Below are positions 9,421 through 14,325 of a DNA stretch of 14,325 nt, in pieces. Origin of the DNA: Candidatus Zixiibacteriota bacterium (lineage in GTDB: Bacteria > Zixibacteria > MSB-5A5 > WJJR01). The translations under genes and the position numbers were made by a program. The notes beneath the pieces are model-generated. The model was not told where the DNA came from. It did not search any database and saw only the letters and a program-made list of their open reading frames with translations. Location: assembly GCA_036170655.1 (NCBI GenBank), contig JAVHPP010000068.1:1-14325 (forward strand). The letters are read 5' to 3'. The first letter of the stretch is position 1. Each line of letters starts with the position of its first letter.

Positions 9421-9612
9421 GTCAATTCCGGTGCAAGATGGGTGGCTGTGCCCCCACGGCCCCTGGCGCCCCAGATTCAAATTCAATTCTCGTTCCCGCG
9501 CAGATCGTCATAAATTGTCTGTGCCCGTCGCAAATCAGGGAAAACGAATGTACAACTGCTTTATGACTTCTCAAAGCCCCATCGAACGGGGACGGAACCG
9601 AAGGAGTGATCC

Positions 9613-10611
9613 ATGTTGACTAAAGTAACTCTGATTCCCGGGGATGGTATCGGCCCCGAAATCACCGATGCCGCTGTGCGTGTTCTTGATGCCGCCGGTG
9701 CGGATATCGAATGGGAACGTCATGATGCCGGGATGAAGGTCTTTGCCGATTTTGGCAAGCCCGTGCCCGATTTGCTGCTGGAGTCGGTCAGACGCAACGG
9801 CCTGGCGTTGAAAGGGCCCCTGACCACATTTGTGGGGAAGGGATTCGCATCAGCCAATGTCACATTGCGCAAGGAACTCGACTTGTATGCCAATGTCCGC
9901 CCGGTGCGCACACTCGCCGGGATCAAATCCCACTACGACAACGTGGACTTAGTCATCGTGCGCGAAAACACCGAGGATCTCTATTCCGGCATTGAGCACA
10001 TTGTCGCGCCCGGGGTGACCGAGTCGATCAAAGTCATCACGGCGCTCGCTTCCGAGCGGATCGCGCACTTTGCCTTTCGCTATGCGCGCCAGAAGGGACG
10101 CCACAGGGTGACGGTCGTGCACAAGGCCAACATCATGAAGGTGTCCGATGGGCTTTTTCTGGATTCGGCGCGCAAGGTCGCACGCGTGTATCCCGACATC
10201 CCGTTCGATGATTGCATCGTCGATGCGCTCTGCATGAAGCTGGTCATGCACCCGGAGCGTTTCGACATGCTGCTTCTCTCCAACCTGTATGGCGACATCG
10301 TCTCCGATCTGGCGGCTGGACTTGTTGGCGGCTTGGGCGTGGTCCCGGGCGCCAATCTGGGCGACCAATGTGCAATCTTCGAAGCGGTCCATGGCTCCGC
10401 CCCCGACATCGCCGGGAAGGGCATCGCCAATCCGCTGGCGATCATCTTCTCCGGCATCCTGCTTTTGCGGCGCATGGGCAAGGATGACGTTGCCGACCGC
10501 ATCAGAGACGCCGCGTTCACTGTCCTCAAACGCGGTGAGGTGCGTACTCCGGACCTGGGCGGCAACGCGAAGACAATGGAATTTGCCGAGGCGATAGTTC
10601 AGTCAATGTAG
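9613..10611 (+). CDS. Isocitrate dehydrogenase, NAD-dependent type (isocitrate/isopropylmalate dehydrogenase family)
   Basis: PGDGIGPE, KGPLTT...SANVTLR (IDH-type substrate loop), RENTEDLY, HKANIMK, NLYGDIVSD, HGSAPDIAGKGIANP. SD AAGGAG at 9601-9606. Confidence 0.85.
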   Translation: MLTKVTLIPGDGIGPEITDAAVRVLDAAGADIEWERHDAGMKVFADFGKPVPDLLLESVRRNGLALKGPLTTFVGKGFASANVTLRKELDLYANVRPVRTLAGIKSHYDNVDLVIVRENTEDLYSGIEHIVAPGVTESIKVITALASERIAHFAFRYARQKGRHRVTVVHKANIMKVSDGLFLDSARKVARVYPDIPFDDCIVDALCMKLVMHPERFDMLLLSNLYGDIVSDLAAGLVGGLGVVPGANLGDQCAIFEAVHGSAPDIAGKGIANPLAIIFSGILLLRRMGKDDVADRIRDAAFTVLKRGEVRTPDLGGNAKTMEFAEAIVQSM

Positions 10612-10638
10612 GGCCGTCTTCGCCAGCCATTGATCCGG

Positions 10639-11328
10639 TCATCTCACACCGCCATCAATCCGCCCATCCCGCAGATGGATCGTCCGTTCGGTGCGCATGG
10701 GGAGATTCGGATCGTGCGTAATGATCATGATCGTGTGACCCGCCTTCCATAATTCCTCGAAGAGATCGACGATCTCACGGCCCGATGCAGAATCGAGGTT
10801 GCCGGTAGGTTCGTCTGCGAGAATCAGCGGCGGATTGTTGGCGAGGGCACGGGCGATGGCGACACGCTGCGTCTGGCCACCCGATAGTTCGGTCGCTTTG
10901 TGTTCGAGCCGGTCACCCAGACCGATCCGCTCCAGGAGTTCGATGGCGCGCTTGCGCCGTTCACGCGCGGCAATGCCACGGAAAACCATTGGGAGTTCCA
11001 CATTCTCCAGAGCCGTGGAGTAGGGAAGCAGGTTGAAATTCTGGAAGACGAAGCCAACACTCCGATTGCGTATCTCGGCCAGTTGGTTCGGCGGGAGACG
11101 GTCAACGCGCTGACCATCGAATTCGTACGTGCCTTCACTCGGCACATCCAGGCAGCCGAGGATATTCATCAGCGTCGACTTCCCCGAGCCGGATGGGCCG
11201 ACCAGAGTCATGAATTCCCCGCGACGGACTTCGAGATCGATGCCGCGCAGGGCCTCGACTTTGACTTTGCCTGTGTCGTAGATCTTGCGGACCCCGCTCA
11301 GCTTGACCATGGTGCCATTGGTGTTCAT
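10639..11328 (-). CDS. ABC transporter ATP-binding protein, LolD/MacB family
   Basis: Walker [10 protein letters not shown]-loop FVFQNFNLL, signature [15 protein letters not shown], Walker B/D-loop [12 protein letters not shown]-loop ITHD. SD GAGGA (11336-11340) supports ATG 11328. Confidence 0.95.
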   Translation of the reverse strand: MNTNGTMVKLSGVRKIYDTGKVKVEALRGIDLEVRRGEFMTLVGPSGSGKSTLMNILGCLDVPSEGTYEFDGQRVDRLPPNQLAEIRNRSVGFVFQNFNLLPYSTALENVELPMVFRGIAARERRKRAIELLERIGLGDRLEHKATELSGGQTQRVAIARALANNPPLILADEPTGNLDSASGREIVDLFEELWKAGHTIMIITHDPNLPMRTERTIHLRDGRIDGGVR

Positions 11329-11507
11329 CTGTGTGTCCTCAAAGTGACTTGACGAAATCGCGCGGACTCTTGGCCTGCCAAAGTCCAAGGGGCTGAAAGC
11401 CCCTTGCCCGGAACCTGGGGTTCGGGCAAGGGGTTTTCAACCCCTTGCCTGTGATCTGCGCCCTTGCGCCCGCTCGCCGCGGCATACGCCTTCACCATGT
11501 TACTCAT
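11325..11507 (-). other. Candidate 60-codon translational-bridge ORF crossing the permease-ATPase spacer
   Basis: ATG 11507 lies 5 nt upstream of the permease TAA, and a second in-frame ATG is at 11498. The TGA overlaps the ATPase start as ATGA (11328-11325). No recognisable protein homology. Confidence 0.35.
11386..11447. repeat. REP-like inverted doublet of a 21-nt palindrome
   Basis: CAAGGGGCT-GAA-AGCCCCTTG (11386-11406) and CAAGGGGTT-TTC-AACCCCTTG (11427-11447). Each has a perfect 9-bp stem, and the two are inverted copies of each other. Confidence 0.85.
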
Positions 11508-12750
11508 ATCTCAACGTCTCCGCTGGATTCAGGCTCGCCGCGCGGCGTGCCGGGAAGTACCCCGCTGTCAGGCCAACGATCGCCAGGATGAAGACAGTGA
11601 TGAGCCCGATCGGCAGCGAGATTGTCGGATTGCCGAGCCAGGACATCGACGATTTCGGATCGCGTGGGATGATAGACGCCAGATCGCAGACAAGCTGCGA
11701 GATGAAGATGCCTATCGCGCCACCGGAGAAGCAAATCAGCAGCGCCTCGAGCAGAAACTGATTGTGGATGGTCTTAGGCTTGGCTCCCAGGGCCATCTTG
11801 ATGCCGATCTCTTTGGTTCGTTCCTTGATCACCACATACATGATGTTGGCGACACCGACCCCGGCAATGAGCAGCGTCAGACCTCCGAGGATACCCATGA
11901 AAATCTGCATGCCCAGCATCATCTTGCCCATTTCGCGGCGGCCTTCAATTGTGTCCCAAATCGACAGCGCCTGTTTGTCTGTCGGATCGAACTGGTGCTT
12001 GGTGCTCAGGACCTGATAGAGCCGGGACTTGACGTACTCGCTGGACTGTTCATCCTTCGGCTGAATGACAAGATTGTCGAGATACTTGTCGCCGAAAATC
12101 GATTGGTAGGTCGTTGCCGGAATCGTCGCTTTTTCCACGTCGGGTCCACCGTACATTCCCATTTGCTGCTTGGTCTGACCGACTCCGATGACTGTGAACG
12201 GAATGCGCGCGATGAAGATCGACTTGCCGACCGGCGACTCGTCGCCAAACAGCTTCTTGTTCAATTCATAGCCGAGGAAGACGACCCGGCGCTTTAGCTC
12301 CATGTCGCTGTCATTCAGATAGCGCCCGCCCGATTCCGGGTACTGAGTGCGCATCAATTCATAAGAGGGGCATTCACCGGTAACGTGCTGTGAAAGGACC
12401 TTCTTTCCGTAGACCACATCAATGCCCCAGTTGGAGTACTCACCCCCGAGGCTGGCGACCTCGGGGATGCTCTTGCTGATGAGATCAAGATCATCGGGGC
12501 GGAAGGTGATGCGCCGTCCACGCGGCAGACCCTTGTAGGGAATTGAGGTCTGGCCACCCCAGATGATAAAAATGTTTTCTCCCAAGCTGCGCCGGTTCTT
12601 ATCGAGTTGGTCTTTCAATCCCTCGCCGAAAGCGAGCAGCATGAGAATGGAAAATGTGCCCCAGACGATCGCGGCGACTGTAAGAGTCGCGCGCTTTTTC
12701 TGCTTGCGGAAGTCGCGCCAGAAATATTGGAGGAAGAGTTTCAGTCCCAT
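11500..12750 (-). CDS. ABC transporter permease, MacB/FtsX family
   Basis: TM1 (TLTVAAIVWGT), large periplasmic domain, C-terminal FtsX region GVGVANIMYVVIKERTKEIGIKMALGA...GYFPARRAASLNPAETLRYE. Confidence 0.95.
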   Translation of the reverse strand: MGLKLFLQYFWRDFRKQKKRATLTVAAIVWGTFSILMLLAFGEGLKDQLDKNRRSLGENIFIIWGGQTSIPYKGLPRGRRITFRPDDLDLISKSIPEVASLGGEYSNWGIDVVYGKKVLSQHVTGECPSYELMRTQYPESGGRYLNDSDMELKRRVVFLGYELNKKLFGDESPVGKSIFIARIPFTVIGVGQTKQQMGMYGGPDVEKATIPATTYQSIFGDKYLDNLVIQPKDEQSSEYVKSRLYQVLSTKHQFDPTDKQALSIWDTIEGRREMGKMMLGMQIFMGILGGLTLLIAGVGVANIMYVVIKERTKEIGIKMALGAKPKTIHNQFLLEALLICFSGGAIGIFISQLVCDLASIIPRDPKSSMSWLGNPTISLPIGLITVFILAIVGLTAGYFPARRAASLNPAETLRYE

Positions 12751-12956
12751 GATATCTCACATTTGCATACGTGCATCGCGTTGCGCAGGGCTCGCCCCCT
12801 CGCCGCAACCCTTTCCCCGCCCGGGGAGAGGGAGCCAGGGGATTCTCTCATTGTCGGGTCATTCTGCTTTTCTTCCCTCTCCCGCTTTCGGGAGAGGGGT
12901 CGGGGGTGAGGCACGGCATATCCGCGATCGTCCGTGTTTGCACTCTGCCCGATCAT
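12741..12956 (-). other. Candidate 71-codon translational-bridge ORF crossing the permease-permease spacer
   Basis: SD AGGAG (12968-12964) overlaps the upstream TAG, and ATG 12956 follows 7 nt later. The frame stays open through the repeat doublet and its TGA (12743-12741) lies inside the first codons of the next permease. Confidence 0.4.
12797..12911. repeat. REP-like inverted doublet of the CCTCxCC...CCCTCTCCC-loop-GGGAGAGGG type
   Basis: Copy 1 (+): ccctcgccgcaaCCCTTTCCCC-gccc-GGGGAGAGGGa (12797-12833). Copy 2 (-): cctcacccccgacCCCTCTCCCG-aaag-CGGGAGAGGG (12911-12875), with a perfect 10-bp stem. Confidence 0.85.
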
Positions 12957-12966
12957 CGCGTTTCTC

Positions 12967-14199
12967 CTACAGCCGCAACGCCTCAATCGGATTACATCGC
13001 GAGGCGCGCCGGGCGGGAAAGTAACCCGACAGCATCCCGACGATGCCGAGGACCAGCATGGCCGCAGCCGCCACCGAACGGGAGATCGTCGGTGTGCCGA
13101 TGTAATCCTCGACCTTGAAATGCGGAACGATCGACACAACCGACCACGCGAATAGAAATCCAAACGCGCCGCCGATCGCCGTCAGCATCAAGGTTTCGAT
13201 GACAAACTGGCTCATGATGAAACTCGGCTTGGCGCCCAAGGCCATCTTGAGGCCGATTTCCTTGGTCCGCTCCTCGACGACCACATTCATGATGTTGGAG
13301 ACCCCGATGCCGCCGACGATCAGCGTGAATGCGCCAATGATCCCAAGAAACACGCGAAATGCAACAAAGAAGGTTCCGAAGAATTTCTCCTGTTCAGTTG
13401 TATCCCAGAGCGAAAGCGCTTCCTTATCATCCGGGTCGAATGTGTAGCGTGATCCGAGCACCCGGTAAACTCCCTTCTTTACCGACTCTGTTCGCCCAGC
13501 CTCATCCGCATTGAAAACGATATCGTTGACATACTCGCGGCCGTACATGGCCTTGAAGGTCGACGACGGGATAAACGCGCTGTTGACGTCGCGGCCGCCA
13601 TACGACGAGTCCTGCTCTTTCTTAACCATAACCCCGACGACCCTGAACGGGACGCCATTGATGAAGACCAGGCGGCCGATGGCGTCCTCCTCACCAAAGA
13701 GTTCTTTCTTCATGTCGGTGCCGAGGAAGATGACACGCCGTTTCTGGTTCATGTCCTCGTCGTTGATGAAACGCGATCCCTCGTCGGGAATGATGTTTCG
13801 CATCGGCCCAAACTCGGGCCAGCAGCCCATGATGCGAATGAGGCGTTCCACTTTGCCGACCCGCCCCTTTGCGTCCCAAAGCACATACTCCGGCGAGATG
13901 GCTCCTATATGGGGCACTTCGCGCTTGAGCAGTTCGGCGTCGCTTTCACGGAATCGGATAACGCGATTTCTCCCCAGTCCCTGGAATGGAATGGAGGTTC
14001 GTCCGGGCCACATGATGACGATGTATTCACCCAAGCCACGGAACGCTTTCTGTTGGTGGGCATGAATTCCCTTGCCAAAAGCCAGCAGCAAGATGACCGA
14101 CGCCGTTCCCCAGAAGATGCCGAAGACGGTCAGAAATGTGCGAAGTTTTTGCGACCGCAAGTCGCGCAGAAACTGGGTCACGAATACGTCAAGAGCCAT
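12967..14199 (-). CDS. ABC transporter permease, MacB/FtsX family (paralog of the downstream permease)
   Basis: RTFLTVFGIFWGT, WPGRTSIPFQGL, FDPDDKEALSLWDT, GIGVSNIMNVVVEERTKEIGLKMALGA, GYFPARRASRCNPIEALR. The start MALDVF at 14199 aligns with MGLKLF of the paralog and has AGGA upstream. Confidence 0.95.
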   Translation of the reverse strand: MALDVFVTQFLRDLRSQKLRTFLTVFGIFWGTASVILLLAFGKGIHAHQQKAFRGLGEYIVIMWPGRTSIPFQGLGRNRVIRFRESDAELLKREVPHIGAISPEYVLWDAKGRVGKVERLIRIMGCWPEFGPMRNIIPDEGSRFINDEDMNQKRRVIFLGTDMKKELFGEEDAIGRLVFINGVPFRVVGVMVKKEQDSSYGGRDVNSAFIPSSTFKAMYGREYVNDIVFNADEAGRTESVKKGVYRVLGSRYTFDPDDKEALSLWDTTEQEKFFGTFFVAFRVFLGIIGAFTLIVGGIGVSNIMNVVVEERTKEIGLKMALGAKPSFIMSQFVIETLMLTAIGGAFGFLFAWSVVSIVPHFKVEDYIGTPTISRSVAAAAMLVLGIVGMLSGYFPARRASRCNPIEALRL

Positions 14200-14269
14200 G
14201 TCTGTTCCTGTCAACCCTTGCTGAGGGCGGATGACACCGGGAAGGACCATCCAGGTATGATCGCCAGCG

Positions 14270-14323
14270 TCACTTGATCTCTTTCGGGGGCCTTTCGATG
14301 ACGTCCTTGCCCTCGTCAATGCC
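14270..14323 (-). CDS. Probable C-terminus of the efflux periplasmic adaptor (membrane fusion protein), partial
   Basis: Manual translation gives GIDEGKDVIERPPKEIK*. This resembles the G(L/I)xxGxxV end of MacA/HlyD-type adaptors and sits directly upstream of the permeases. It is not in the ORF track. Confidence 0.6.
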   Translation of the reverse strand, partial: GIDEGKDVIERPPKEIK

Positions 14324-14325
14324 GG

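Noticed and set aside
8794..9513. 239-aa plus-strand ORF opposite dedA
   Set aside because: Its D/E/H/K-rich composition is what the antisense of a hydrophobic membrane-protein gene produces.
11386..11447. Possible mini CRISPR array or intrinsic terminator
   Set aside because: There are only two units, they are inverted, the linker is 20 nt and self-complementary, there are no cas genes, and no U-tract follows on the coding strand.
11467..11480. 13/14 match cgcccgctcgccgc to cgccccctcgccgc (12793-12806) between the two spacers
   Set aside because: It is short, low-complexity and almost all GC, so it is plausible by chance.
11464..12297. 277-aa plus-strand ORF opposite the permease
   Set aside because: Same antisense artefact.

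Overview
GC-rich bacterial chromosomal window of mostly housekeeping genes. Plus strand: 3' end of a probable class I SAM methyltransferase, mfd, a lipoprotein PPIase built from two PrsA-like modules, a SurA-like chaperone, hflX, an orphan receiver-domain protein and an NAD-type isocitrate dehydrogenase. Minus strand: a DedA protein and a MacB/type VII ABC operon (membrane-fusion-protein C-terminus, two paralogous permeases, ATPase). I see no transposase, CRISPR array, tRNA or rRNA. The unexplained structure lies in the ABC operon spacers. Two spacers carry different REP-like inverted palindrome doublets, one with compensatory base changes and one bracketed by 9-bp direct repeats exactly 180 bp apart. 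Each of those two spacers is crossed end to end by a small ORF that starts at the upstream stop codon and ends overlapping the downstream start codon. A third spacer has a shorter version of the same arrangement. This suggests translational-coupling 'bridge' ORFs across palindromic insertions, which is an inference that needs comparative or ribosome-profiling data.
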